This document shows positions 35,151-48,840 of a stretch of DNA of 64,000 nt, one piece after another. The stretch is from the NCBI GenBank assembly GCA_051530055.1, contig CM121342.1, positions 7,386,691 to 7,450,690 on the forward strand, written 5' to 3'. Origin of the DNA: Neoechinorhynchus agilis (Eukaryota > Animalia > Acanthocephala). A program made the position numbers and the translations under genes. Position 1 is the first letter of the stretch, and every line of letters begins with the position of its first letter. The notes beneath the pieces are model-generated. The model did not search any database and was not told the DNA's origin. It saw only the letters and a list, made by a program, of their open reading frames with translations.

Positions 35151-36373
35151 ATGTAAAGAAAAGTAATTTCGAGAATAGTTTTGTTTAAAAAAAATTGGAC
35201 CCTTTCGCTTTCGGAATCACTGTTTATCGCACAAGAGGTGAAAAATGGGACTAAGCGAGCCGGCCAACGTACGACGCGTTATGGTGCTCAACCAACGGGA
35301 CGAGTTGACTTTCTCACTAACCTTTTTTAACTCTACCTTTGTTGGTTGCGTGTGTTTTTCAGAACTCCGAAGAAGGAGTAAAACCCTGAAATATCGGTGT
35401 TCAAAATGAAAACATTTGTTTTTTAAAGCAGTTGAAAATGGTCGGAAAACCATTTCTCCTATTCACGTTCCATCCCCTCACTGGTGGTTTGGAATGTTGT
35501 TCAAAAGTGATTGGAACATCCGGCGAACTTCATTCGGAGTGATAGAGTTTGTATTGTAATGATGGTCATCCCGGATAAAACATATTAGATTCTCGCTTTA
35601 TCAGCCATTCTTTAAATGCATGTTTTTAACATAAAAATTACTAGAATTCATTTCAAATCCGATTGGTTTCGTAGACACAATCTTGTACGTGTTTTAATCA
35701 AGGTTTCTTGCAAGTTTTCAAATATGAGAACTCAAAGCAACCTTGACCGAAATATCGGATTGAATAAATTCCTTTTAATTTTACGCCAAAAACAAACGCT
35801 GAATAATTCAATATTCAAACATTGTTAAAGTGTTTTATTCGCACATTCATTTACATAATCGCATACAAGATGAATGAAATCAAATCGGAATACTCCCCAA
35901 AATTGAAAAGCCCAAACTGGGAACCGGAGACATTGTCGTCGTCTAAGAACGCGAATCCATAAGACAAAAAAATTACAGAGTTGTATACCTGCTCAAGTCA
36001 CGAACATTAAGGAGGAATTTGTGAACGAAAATAATAGCTACTTTTCCTTAAAAAAATGTAACTGTAAATGCAAAGAAATTGAACGTCGAGAACAAACGCA
36101 TCTGTTAAAATTTGAGGAAATAAAATTTAAAATAAGAAAAGTTCAATTTCACCTTCTCTCCATCGACCGAAAAAACCCTGGATATTTTTTAAAAAAAATT
36201 ATGCAAAACAAAAGTGACGAGAAAAAAAAGAGGATTGGACATTGAATTTGAGAACCTTTAAAACGTTTGGAAATAGGGCAAACTGAACAAAGTTTAATCG
36301 TCGCAACCATGACAACGCGGTCATCATGAATACGAGGTAATGGGATATTACGATTTCATACCAAGAACTTTTA

Positions 36374-39300
36374 GTGATGAGTCTAGAGATCAATTCTCTT
36401 TTTTACACAATTCTGGAAACATCTACAGAATTAGTCGATGCAGGATTCAATTTCTTAGCTGCAGTATTTTATCAACTGTATGTTCCCAACGATACGATGG
36501 ATACTGAAAGTGTAAAACAACTTCAAATGAAAATGATGATAGAAGACGAAAGCGAACACTTTTCTGGACTTGAAATTGATACAAAGAAGCCCGACGATGC
36601 TCTTGTGATTGCCTGTGAAGTTCAGGAACGTTTGAGTGAAAAAGATAGAATTGACGACTGCAGAATAAGGTTTAAACTTATAAGTAGCGGAAGTCTAAGA
36701 AATGGAATTGGTCAAACAACAGAATGCTTCACGAATAAAAGTTCAATTATTAAAGCTAAATTGAGAAACGCGCGAGCGACTTACTTGGTTAAACCTAAAA
36801 AAGAAGTCCGGATTGACATGAAGAACAAAGTTGCTTATTATAAGTTCGAGGATAAATGTGTTCAATTTTTGAATACCAAAAAATTCAGCAATACTGGCAT
36901 CGGTATGCAAACGATAAGGCTGGTGAGGGAATTGATGAAGAGTTTAAAAATTACATTCAAATTGTTCACGACGCTGAGAAGCGCAAGCGAATTTCCCATT
37001 ATTTTTCCTCCATGCGAAAATATCCATGAAATATTGTGTGAAATCAACAAGTCGCTCAATTTCGAGAATGAGGAATTTAAAATGATCATAAAAGAACGCT
37101 ATGGGGTAATAGATAATAACAAAAAAGCTGGAGAAGATACGGAACTTAACGACGGTAAGAATTTTTATTTAAGCGATTTCTCAAGTGTCAAACGTAGAAG
37201 CAGAATACAAAGTAATAATCACAACGGGCGAAACGCCAATGGAAATCATGGGAGAAAAACTCATTGGGGCGGTTTTTCTAAAATTATACGGAGACAAAAC
37301 GTCTACTGATTTTCTAAAACTCAACAATCGATCAAATGCGAAGTTGCTTCTAAAACCTAATACAGAAATTAAGTATAAGTTTGTAGCAAAGAATCTAAAA
37401 AAAGTTGACGCCGTTGAAATTTTTAATCCGGGTGGATATATAAAAACTTTGAATATAGATTCAATCGATGTTTTATGGTTTGAAGGCGAAAGAGAAAAAT
37501 ACATGCGGTTTGTAGCAGTTTTATCGATTTAAGATCAAAGTCTCCAACAAAGATTTGAGCTAATTGAAACTGTAAAATTTGACGACGCTGACTTTTTGGA
37601 AAGCGTATTTATTTTAAAAGACGGGCAACTAACAAATAAAGCTCCTTTGCAAAGTTCGTGTCGATCATTTTCTTTAAATAGATTGAAAACGTACATTTTT
37701 AGTATTCAGAACACGAGATATTTTCAAGAACGATAAAAATATTACAGGTGATTTAGTAACGAGGGAACAGTTCAAAATTTAAAAAAATTTCTTTTAAAGA
37801 ATCCACCACCCACATTGTAATCGTTGGAAAGGAATGTGGTGATATTAGTCGCTATGAAAGATTTGAATTGATTATTTTCGCTGGTCAACGAAAAATTAGA
37901 AAAGAGCTCAATCTATTAACGCTGACTGACAATGAAGTTGATTGGAACCACGTTCGAGCATATTATAAATGGCCATCGATCAATGAACCGATTCAAGCGA
38001 TTCGAGTACGTCTAACTGGAGCTCCGAAAATTACGTGGAAATGTTCATATGTTACAGTGGGCGATGTTAAGCAAAACCAATGCTATTAGTGAGTATGATC
38101 GGTATTCTCATTGAACATTCATTGAACCACAAATCCACACAGCTTTCCTATTAATAAGACTCTGGACAAAACTCCTCTACTTGTCGCTGCAAAAGAGCCG
38201 CTGAAATATGGTACTTCTTTTTTCATGTATAATGATTATATTTTTGTTTAGGGAATACTCGATACAGAATTACTGTAAAGACCGCTTGCGAATCTCCAAA
38301 AATAAGGAACGACCTTACATTTGTTATTATCAGATTCATTTCCGACGAAACCTTTGGACAACCACTGAAACTTGAAGCAACTACCCTATGCCGAAATCCA
38401 TTTCAAGGAGGCGCAACAGACTTTTTCGAGTTTCATAACGTTAAAAAAGTTGAAGAAATTCGTCGACTTGAAATTATGCATAATGCCGCCGACAATAAGG
38501 GATGGTTTTGTGAATGGATTAAAATTGAAGATTTGGACGATCAAAGAGAAAATCTGTATGAATTTGAACAATTATAAATTATTTAAACATGAATTTTCAG
38601 GTTTTTGGTGCAGAATTTGCTGGTTAATTCAAAAGATGGATATGTATTTGAATTTCCAGAAACTGAGACGATATCGATAGATGGCAAGCTTACCTGTGAC
38701 AGTTTAATAGGTTCGCATTAAGATTTTAAACTCTAAAACTAATCATTTTTAAATGTTTAAGGATTCTCGGATTTAAGGAAATCAAGACAAAGTATGTAAG
38801 AAATAATAAAAATAGAATATAAATGTTCGTTTAGGATGCAAAGAAAGCTCAGAAATTTTCAATTTAAAGAACATTTCGAAGAAGGTAAATAATGAAGACC
38901 AAAAACTCAATTTATTTTTTTATTTTCGCCAATAAGAAGAACGATGCCGTTAGGGTGAAAAGAAAAACTCAAATACTATCATTTCTCATTTTCAGGCCAA
39001 TAAGGAGCGGGAAAACACTGAGGAATATACAACTTTTCCAAAGAAACATGATCAGCAATTGAATGTTGATGATGAGAAAAATACGCCCAAAAGTTTGGAA
39101 AAACGATCAAAGGAGGTAATATTAACAAGATGAAAGATTAACTAAAATAATTTTCGTACTTATAGGAAAATAAAAGTTTTAAGAAAGGGCGAAGCGATAT
39201 CGAAAATTTTGAACATATAGAGGAGAATGTGGAGCAGTTTAAAGAGACCTCACAGAGGAATGACATAAATCTACAACCGGAGGAAAGCGATAGCGAAAAC

Positions 39301-40433
39301 ACATCAAAAAAATCAGACGAAATTCCAAAAAAGGTAATATTTTCGAAAAATTAGACCGCTTAACATAAAATTATTATTGATTTATTAGACAAATGAAAAG
39401 TCTAATAGAAGGAAAGGTAACAAGGAGCATTCGAGACGGACAATGAATAAAGCGGAACGAAATACTGAAAAGAAAATATCGAGACATTCAAATCTACAAC
39501 CGGAGGAAAACGATAGCGAAAACACATATAAAAATTCAGACGGAAATTCAAAAAAGGTAATATTTTCGAAAAATTAAACCGCTTAATTTAAAATTATTAT
39601 TGATTTATTAGACAAAGGAAAAGTCTAACAGAAGAAAAGGTAATAAAGAGCATTCGAGACGGACAATGAATAAAGCGGAGCAAAATACTGAAAAGAAAAT
39701 ATCGAGACATTCAAATCTACGACCGGAGGAAAAAGATAGCGAAAACACATCAAAAAATTCGGACGGGAATTCAAAAAAGGTAATATTTTCGAAAAATTAA
39801 ACCGCTTCATTTAAAATTATTATTGATTTATTAGACAAATGAAAAGTCTAATAGAAGGAAAGGTAATAAGGAGCATTCGAGACGGACAATGAATAAAGCG
39901 GAGCAAAATACTGAAAAGAAAGTATCGAGACATTCAAATCTACAACCGGGGGAAAACGATAGCGAAAACACATCAAGAAAATCAGACGAAATTCCAAAAC
40001 AGGTAATATTTTCGAAAAATTAAACCGCTTGATCTAAAATTATTATTGATTTATTAGACAAATGAAAAGTCCAACAAGAGGAAAGGGAATAAAGAGCATT
40101 CTAGGCTTACAATGGACAAAGCGGAGCATCCCACTAAAAATAAAAAATCGAGACATACAAATAAACGACCCAAGGAAAACGATACTAAAAGCGCATCAAA
40201 AAATTCGGGCGGAACTTCAAAAAAGGTAATATTTTCGAAAAATTAAACCCCTAAAACTGCAATTATTATTGATTTATAAGTCAAAGGAGCGTTCAACGAA
40301 TAAAGTAAAGCATAGAATTGAAAAGAAAAAGTCGCGACATACAAATCGACGAGCGAAAAAACACGATACTGAAAACACATCAAAAAATTCGGACGGAGAA
40401 TCAAAGAAAGTTCAAGGCAAAAATCAAACATGA
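36374..40433 (+). CDS. Multi-exon PLAT/LH2-domain protein with a charged repetitive C-terminus
   Basis: ORF 36374-37154, 31-nt GT-AG intron 37155-37185, PLAT-like exon (YKVIITTG...VFLKLYGDK); clear PLAT exon at about 38252-38555 (RYRITVKT...NPFQGGATDFF...LEIMHN...GWFCEWIKIED); small exons to 39115; 168-nt repeat exons; TGA at 40431. Some internal junctions unresolved. Confidence 0.7.
39166..40433 (+). repeat. Tandem exon+intron repeat of about 223 bp (168-nt exon + about 55-nt intron)
   Basis: Exons 39166-39333, 39389-39556, 39612-39779, 39835-40002 and 40058-40225, then terminal exon 40281-40433; each flanked by TAG/ and /GTAATA, all phase 0 and stop-free. Confidence 0.88.
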
Positions 40434-41134
40434 TAATGTTTAATTAATTTAATTTTAATATTAACATCATTGACGTGCAAGTGTTTCAAACAATGTTTAA
40501 ATGATTTACTAAAAACGATTTCCATCATTACTCTTGTCGACTGTAAACGAAAACGATGATTTCTTGAACACTTAAAAATCTTAGACAGTCTCAGTAAATT
40601 TAATCTTTGCCGTGAATATTAAAGTTATTTTTATTTTAGAATTTTAATCTCTTTTAAGTTTCGTGTGTTATATTTTCAGATAAATCTTTTAACGCCTAAA
40701 ACGACGAGCTGATTTTACAAGATACCAGAAGTCTACTACGAGACAATCTTTAAGGTTTAATAAAATGAATCAACTCTAATTAAGCCGTGCAATGCTTTAT
40801 TTCTTATTAGTAAAATTTTTCATTTGTGAGGACACTGACTTGTGAATGGTGGTTTTTCTAATTTTAAAGGAATTTAAAATATAAGATTATAAATATTATT
40901 GCAAATAACATGGATGGACGATAAAAGGTTGTACAGAGTATTCTAAGGTCCCCCTTCAGTTCCTGGCGGCAAGAAATTAATAACGATACATTCGGCACTT
41001 AATAGTTGACCTTCTTCGTCCTAAAATAAGTATTTTCCTTGTTGATTTGCTAATTAAAAAAATTGATTTCTGATTCAAATGAAACTGAGTCGAGGTTCAA
41101 AAATAGGCATTTGATAAGACAAACATAAAAACGA

Positions 41135-41212
41135 AATTAAAAGTCCTATCCAATTTTCTCAATGGCGAATTGTTACACACTCGAACTTTATTATTGAACT
41201 GTTTATTGCGAT
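41135..41212. mobile_element. Solo left arm of the 22983-23173 fold-back family
   Basis: AATTAAAAGT..CTATCCAATT..TTCTCAATG.CGAATTGTTACACACTCGA.CTTTATTATTGAACTGTT shared with 22937-23040. Confidence 0.8.
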
Positions 41213-41339
41213 TGATTCTCATATTCGATCATATAGATGTTGGCCATCGCTGGTCCTAACGGTGATCCCATTGCCACTCCGTTCGTCTGGTCGTAGAATT
41301 TTCCTTCTAATAAGAACGCAGACTTCGTCGTGCAATGAT

Positions 41340-41600
41340 CAATCAGTAATCGCCAATAACAACATTTCTTTGAACTTTTCTCTCACTTGAGAGGTCGTTC
41401 TTTTCAGCATTGTCGGTTTTCGTCTTTGTTCTCCTTTCCCAGCGTCTTGAAATCTCCGTTCACACTGTCCTTCCACCTCTTTTTGGGCATCCCTCTTCTT
41501 TTCCCTCGAGCTCGATTCTCCATGCGAGGCGTCTTCATCTGCTTGTGTGACCTGAGGGTACCATCGCAATCCTGGTCATTTATTTTTTTCACGAAACTGG
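41340..41600 (-). mobile_element. 3' remnant of an RTE-clade LINE
   Basis: Minus strand encodes ARGKRRGMPKKRWKDSVNGDFKTLG. Confidence 0.6.
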
Positions 41601-42269
41601 GTCATGTTTGCTAGTTAATAGCAGTAAATATGATTCCTTCTTCTTAAATCCTAGTCATCACCTAATGGAAACCTCTTGGGTTTCTCAAGAGGGTTACAAT
41701 CCATTCTAAACAAAAATCTTAAAGTCAAATTACTCTTTCAAACAAAAAGTCCAAACTTTGCGTTACATTGAAATCTTCAATGTCCATTTTCATCCCGAAT
41801 TGTGGAATTGAAACAAACAAAAATCTTCATCGATGGATACAAAAAATTTTCTTTTATTTTTTCGGTGCCCTCTGAAGCGTCCGAGCGGACACTGTACTCG
41901 TCATTGGGCTTTGGCCTGAGGCCGGAACTTACTGTAAATTGTTTCGAGATAGAAGTGAAAGTTAAAAAGCTGTTTTTCGCAGTGAGAGTTCGTTAGCGAA
42001 AATCGATGCTCTTTTGATGTTCTTTGAAAAGTGAGCCTTACCTTAACTCACGGAGAAAAACTTCTTGCGCTCTTCGCTATCTATGATCTCGTCAATAAAC
42101 ACCTTACCTTGAAAGTTGCGGCGAATCCAACAGGGCTTAAAAACTAAAATTATACTTAATTTTTACTTTCGAATACAAGGCTCTTTGAATCTTTGCTCCT
42201 CGACAGTCGAAGGTGGTATCGTCGTGCAATGATTAATCAGTAATCGCCAATCATCCATATCCAGCTTGG

Positions 42270-42500
42270 GATCCTACCATCGTTTCGAAAGTAAATCCAC
42301 GGCCAAGATAGTTGTTTCCTTTATCGGCACATTCGTAAATAGTGCAGTGAATCTGTCGTCCAAAGGAAGTGGTTGCGAGGATCGTATTTTCCGAAGAAAT
42401 TGTCCAAATTAGGATACTATAGATGGACACAACCGAAGCATGAGAATCGATTGTTCAATTGGTCGAATAGACTCCTCAATTCAGACGAACGAAGTGTCCT
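42270..42500 (-). mobile_element. Decayed Penelope-like RT fragment
   Basis: Minus strand 42313-42351 encodes FTALFTNVPIKET (Penelope-like motif A), with IRPI upstream; frames broken. Confidence 0.45.
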
Positions 42501-42699
42501 TGAACGGAATCCGGATTTCATACCACCGAGGCAATGATTAAAAGAGTTGAGGACGACATGTTCTGTGATATAGTTCACTTACGACGAAATGGCCTTGAGA
42601 GGGAATAACTGGAGTGAAGACAATATGTCAAAGGAGGAAAATCATGCGTTGAAAGTATTGAAAGAGGGCCCCCGGCATGCACGAAAAAAAATCGTCCGA

Positions 42700-45600
42700 T
42701 CGAGGCGTTGTCGCTGAATAACTAAAGCAACATTCTATACTAGTTACAATCCGTTTTTGGAAGTCATAATCCGATCCACTGCATTGATTTATTGGCCCAG
42801 TCTGCTGAGGAAATCAACTCAAAGGGCAATCTCGACAGGATTTTAAAGAATACACAGCGGAATTTTAGGCGTTGTTCTGGAGGCCTTCCTCTGGAATAAA
42901 AAACTAGGTCTGAAATAGCCCAAGAGCACCATATTACTTTGCATATCTTGGCGCAAAGCCCAATACGAGCGGCGCGTCTCGCCTTTGGCTCTGGCTGTCT
43001 TTAAAAGTTTTTTCATATTTTGTATATCGGAGGCGGGCGAGAGGTTACTAGTGAAAGTATAACCTAAAATATCAAGCTTCTTATAAACAGGGTTGAAATC
43101 TAACCCAAAAATCCCACGATTAAAAAAAATATTCGGCAAAGGCAAACCATGGATCGAACGCTGTCGCTGAATAACTGAAGCAACATTCTATACTAGTTAC
43201 TATCCGTTTTTGGAAGTCATATTCCGATCCACTGCATGGATTTGTTGGCCCAGTCAGCTGAGGAAATCCAGTCAAAGGGTAGTCTTGACTGGATTTTCAA
43301 GAATACACAGCGGAATTTTAGGCGTTGTTCCGGAGGCCTTCCTTTGGAATGAAAAAATAGGCCTGAAATAGCCCAAGAGCATCAGATTACTTTGCATATC
43401 TTGGCGCTAAGCCCAATACGAGCGGCACGTCTCGCCTTAACTCTTGCTGTCCTTAAAAGTTTTTTCATCTTGTGTATATCGGAGGCGGGCGAGAGGTTAC
43501 TAGTTAAAGTATAACCTAAAATATCAAGCTTCTTATAAGCAGGGTTGAAATCTAACCCAAAAATCCCACGATTAAAAAAAATATTCGGCAAAGGCAAACC
43601 ATGGATCGAACGCTGTCGCTGAATAACTGAAGCAACATTCTATACTAGTTACTATCCGTTTTTGCAAGTCATAATCCGATCCACTGCATGGATTTGTTGG
43701 CCCAGTCTGCTGAGGAAATCCACTCAAAGGGTAGCCTCGACAGGATTTTCAAGAATACACAGCGGAATTTTAGGCGTTGTTCTGGAGGCCTTCCTCTGGA
43801 ATAACACACTGGAATAAAAAAACTAGGTCTGAAATATCCCAAGAGCACCATATTATGCATATCTCATAAAGCTCAATACGAGCGGCGCTGTCTCGCCTAA
43901 ATCCTGGCTGTGTTTCAAAGTTTTTCATCTTGCATATCGCTGCCAAGCAGGGGGGGGGGAGGGGTTATTAGTGAAAGTATAAGTTAAAATATCAAGCTTC
44001 TTATGATCAGGGTCGAAATCTAACCCAAAATAAATAAAATTATTCGACAAGAAATCATGGATCGAACGTTGTCGCTGAATAACTAAAGCAACATTCTATA
44101 CTAGTTACAATCCGTTTTTGGAAGTCATAATCCGATCCACTGCATTGATTTATTGGCCCAGTCTGCTGAGGAAATCCACTCAAAGGGCAATCTCGACAGG
44201 ATTTTCAAGAATACACAGCGGAATTTTAGGCGTTGTTCTGGAGGCCTTCCTCTGGAATAAAAAACTAGGTCTGAAATATCCCAAGAGCACCATATTACAT
44301 TGCATATCTTGGCGTAAAGCCCAATACGAGCGGCGCGTCTCGCCTAAACTCTGGCTGTCTTTAAAAAAAATTTCATCTTGTGTATATCGGAGGCGGGCGG
44401 GAGGTTATTAGTGAAAGTATAAGTTAAAATATCAAGCTTCTTATGAGCAGGGTCGAAATCTAACCCAAAAATATTAAAAAAATTATTCGACAAAGGCAAA
44501 TCATGGATCGAACGTTGTCGCTGAATAACTAAAGCAACATTCTACACTAGTTACAATCCGTTTTTGGAAGTCATAATCTGATCCACTGCATTGATTTATT
44601 CGCAAAGTCTGCTGAGGAAATCCACTCAAAGGGCAATCTCGACAGGATTTTCAGGAATACACAGCGGAATTTTAGGCGTTGTTCTGGAGGCCTTCCTCTG
44701 GAATAAAAAACTAGGTCTGAAATAGCCCAAGAGCACCATATTACTTTGCATATCTTGGGCGCCAAGCCCAATACGAGCGGTGCGTCTCGCCTTAACTCTG
44801 GCTGTGTTTCAAAGTTTTTCATCTTGTGTATATCGGAGGTGGGCGAAAGGTTATTAGTGAAAGTATAAGTTAAAATATCAAGCTTCTTATGATCAGGGTC
44901 GAAATCTTACCCAAAAATATTAAAAAAATTATTCGACAAAGGCAAATCATGGATCGAACGTTGTCGCTGAATAACTAAAGCAACATTCTATACTAGTTAC
45001 AATCCGTTTTTGGAAGTCATAACCCGATCCACTGCATGGATTTGTTGGCCCTGTCTGCTGAGGAAATCCACTCAAAGGGTAGTCTAGACAGGGTTTTCAA
45101 GAAAACACAGCGGAATTTTAGGCGTTGTTCTGGAGGCCTTCCTCTGGAATAAAAAACTAGGTCTGAAATAGCCCAAGAGCACCATATTACTTTGCATATC
45201 TTGGCGCAAAGCCCAATACGAGCGGCGCGTCTCGCCTTAACTTTGGCTGTCTTTAAAAAAAATTTTATCTTGTGTATATCGGAGGCGGGCGAGAGGTTAT
45301 TAGTGAAAGTATAACCTAAAATATCAAGCTTCTTATAAGCAGGGTCGAAATCTAACCCAAAAATATTAAAAAATTATTCGACAAAGGTAACCATGGATCA
45401 AACGTTGTCGCTGAATAACTAAAGAAACATTCTATACTAGTTACAATCCGTTTTTGGAAGTCATAATCCGATCCACTGCATTGATTTATTGGCCCAGTCT
45501 GCTGAGGAAATCAACTCAAAGGGCAATCTCGACAGGATTTTCAAGAATACACAGCGGAATTTTAGGCGTTGTTCTGGAGGCCTTCCTCTGGAATAAAAAA

Positions 45601-46680
45601 CTAGGTCTGAAATAGCCCAAGAGCACCATATTACTTTGCATATCTTGGCGCAAAGCCCAATACGAGCGGCGCGTTTCGCCTTAACTCTGGCTGTCTTTAA
45701 AAAAAATTTCATCTTGTGTATATCGGAGGCGGGCGAGAGGTTATTAGTGAAAGTATAACCTAAAATATCAAGCTTCTTATAAGCAGGGTCGAAATCTAAC
45801 CCAAAAATATTAAAAAAATTATTCGACAAAGGCAAATCATGGATCGAACGTTGTCACTGAATAACTAAAGCAACATTCTATACTAGTTACAATCCGTTTT
45901 TGGAAGTCATAATCCGATCCACTGCATTGATTTATTCGCCCAGTCTGCTGAGGAAATCAACTCAAAGGGCAATCTCGACAGGATTTTCAAGAATACACAG
46001 CGGAATTTTAGGCGTTGTTCTGGAGGCCTTCCTCTGGAATAAAAAACTAGGTCTGAAATAGCCCAAGAGCACCATATTACTTTGCATATCTTGGCGCAAA
46101 GCCCAATACGAGCGGCGCGTCTCGCCTTAACTCTGGCTGTGTTTCAAAGTTTTTCATCTTGTGTATATCGGAGGCGGGCGAGAGGTTATTAGTGAAAGTA
46201 TAACCTAAAATATCAAGCTTCTTATAAGCAGGGTCGAAATCTTACCCAAAAATATTAAAAAAATTATTCGACAAAGGCAAATCATGGATCGAACGTTGTC
46301 GCTGAATAACTAAAGCAACATTCTATACTAGTTACAATCCGTTTTTGGAAGTCATAATCCGATCCACTGCATTGATTTATTGGCCCAGTCTGCTGAGGAA
46401 ATCAACTTCCAGGGCAATCTCGACAGGATCTTCAAGAATACACAGCGGAATTTTAGGCGTTGTTCTGAGGCCTTCCTTGAACAAATAACTAGCAGCAGAA
46501 TAGCCCAAGAGCACCATTACTTGCATATCTCGCGCCAAGCTCAATACGAGCGCGTCTCGCCTTAACTCTGGCTGTGTTTCAAAGTTTTTCATCTTGTGTA
46601 TATCGGAGGCGGGCGGGAGGTTATTAGTGAAAGTATAACCTAAAATATCAAGCTTCTTATAAGCAGGGTCGAAATCTAAC
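42700..46680. repeat. Satellite, about 445-456-bp monomer x9, derived from an RT thumb region
   Basis: GTCGCTGAATAACT unit starts near 42700, 43155, 43607, 44061, 44507, 44953, 45398, 45843 and 46288; minus strand encodes GLDFDPAYKKLDILGYTFTNNL...WAISDLVFY. Confidence 0.97.
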
Positions 46681-47083
46681 CCACAAAGTGCTTCTTGCCC
46701 ACTCGAGATTTAGATTTTATTAAAAATTTCGTCTTCTTTTGATTCAAAGAGAGACCCATATGAGGTAGGTGAGATTTTAAAAAGTTCAGCACGGCAGCCA
46801 GTTTCGCACGTGCTCTCAAATAATTTAACTCTTTGATAACTACAGTAAGGTCATCGGCGTACATAGTGACGCTACGACAAATCTTACAATTTTTAATCAT
46901 AAATTGAGTTGCCAAGCAAAAAAGTATGGGTGATAAAGGTGAGCCTTGAGGAATCCCTTTGGATTGATAGTATATAGACCTTGATGGGTCATCTGCAACC
47001 CTAGCAATTATATTAAAAGGAAAACTCTCAGAACATTGGGTGGCCGTTCGCCACCCTCCACCGCAACAGCTTGTTGCGCGCAC
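46676..47083 (-). mobile_element. Non-LTR retrotransposon RT fragment (motifs B', C, D) running into the satellite
   Basis: KGIPQGSPLSPILF, MYADDLTVV, GLSLNQKKTK. Confidence 0.85.
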
Positions 47084-47337
47084 ATAACTTGTCGTCGTCA
47101 GCTTTATTCAATCACGATATCAACAACGACCACAGAATCGATTTTGTAAAACGCGTGCAAAAGGATGGCCGAGAGGAACCAACAAAGCAGATTGATAAAA
47201 AGAGGCTCTGCTCATTTACATGGAGGACACAATGGAAAAGAGAAATCATTCTCTAAGACTATCGAAAGAGGAATCTCCATGGGTCCTCAGCTTACCCGAG
47301 TCAAAGATACCAACTTATTCCCACCACATCCATTTTT

Positions 47338-47435
47338 AACAATGCTTAAGAAGGAGGCTGAAACCTTGGAAATTCGCAATGAACAGTTCAATAATAAAGT
47401 TTGAGTGTGTAACATTTCGCCGGAACAATTGGATG
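47338..47435. mobile_element. Solo right arm of the 22983-23173 fold-back family
   Basis: AACAATGCTTAAGAAGGAGGCTGA..CCTTG.AAATTCGCAATGAACAGTTCAATAATAAAG...AATTGGAT. Confidence 0.8.
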
Positions 47436-48840
47436 GAAATTGGCGACGAAATCCATTGTAAAGAATCATAGAAGGTTCTTCAAACTTTCAGCATTAATTC
47501 TTTTTAAAACATTTCTGGCAATTGCCCACAAAGTTATCCTATTCGCTACCTCATACCAAGATGGCATTGTTTTAATTAAATGAATAACTTAGGATATTTT
47601 GGACTAAGCAATTGCGATTTAGCCGATTGCAATTACACGGAGTACCCAAATGTGCTTTACGTTTAACGCCTTTTTGAAAAATTAAAACGTTCAAAACTTT
47701 TTATGTCTAAAATAAAAACATTTCACCCGCACCCTTTATGTTAAAATTATATAATATATTTGTTAAGGTCAATCAATACAAAAACACGCGGTAACGTGAT
47801 TTTTGAACTCAATTCCAATCGCCTGGACAACAAAACGGCGAAAAACTGATTGTTTTCAGTAACCGTATAAATGATCCGGTGATTTTGCCATCTTTTGATT
47901 TTTTAACATCTAGCAAGATATCACAATGCCGAAAATCAAGAAGTTCGACCTATTAAACGAACGTTATTGAAGAAAAGTTGAACTTATCGAACCTACCGAA
48001 GCAATAATTTGATATGTCTCGTTGGCGCTGCTTTGCAATGAATGATTGATGACCCGAATGTGGCCAAAGGGCACATCGATGGCATCGCAGATTTTCCTTG
48101 TCGATTGGTTCACAACAGCTTGAATAGCGGAATTCGTAATAAAATTTGGATACATTGACATTGGTCGAATGTGGTCAGCAGTGAATTGATGATGTTAATA
48201 TTCGTCTTTGAGAGTAGAAAAGTTTCGCAACCGATTAATTAGCAAGCACGTGATAATTCTTATCAACGAATAGGCTTCTTATACTTAATAAAACGCAATT
48301 TTTCAACAACAATTAAGGTTCTCTTGCATATTAAGTTAATTATTATTTAAGCTAACGAAATCCTTAATAAAATTTAAATCTATAATAACATTCGCTTATT
48401 GTTCTAAATTCTACTTTTAAAATATTTTGCAGCATGTTATTTTAATCTTAATTTAACAGCTTTTTTATTTATCGAACTTTTGATTAGTTTACGTTCTCGA
48501 TTCTAAATTACACGCCATATATAGCATAATCCGTTTTACGTGTTAATTTGGATTATCTTTGAAAAAAAAACACGTTTAATTCTATTTTTGATCGATAAAG
48601 AATGCAGATCTAAAATATTTTCCTGATGAGTCCCGCCTCCTCGGGAGATATCGGAGAATCCAGAGGGATTCTTACAAACTCATTTACCGTACGGTCTTGG
48701 AGCGTTGAGCGCAGACGAGCGCTTCCCAGACCAATGGATAGGTGGACTGCGGGTGTCCATTCGGCTGTGCATGGAAAGAAAATATCTAATCAAAAGACTA
48801 CCGGCTGAGCCACATTTAAAAATTCTAATAAAATCGGAAA

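Noticed and set aside
46950-47000. YYQSKGIPQGS resembling telomerase motif B'
   Set aside because: YADD motif C and the surrounding pattern fit a non-LTR RT; no TERT T-motif or other domains nearby.
47170-47300. RGISMGPQL as a second Penelope-like RT motif
   Set aside because: One partial motif in broken frames; not enough support.
47810-48161. MIF/tautomerase-like resemblance of ORF 47964-48161 (PNFITN..., SVGSIS, SPDHLY downstream)
   Set aside because: No N-terminal Met-Pro, stops intervene, and an alternative two-exon reading gives an unrelated peptide; similarity too weak by eye.
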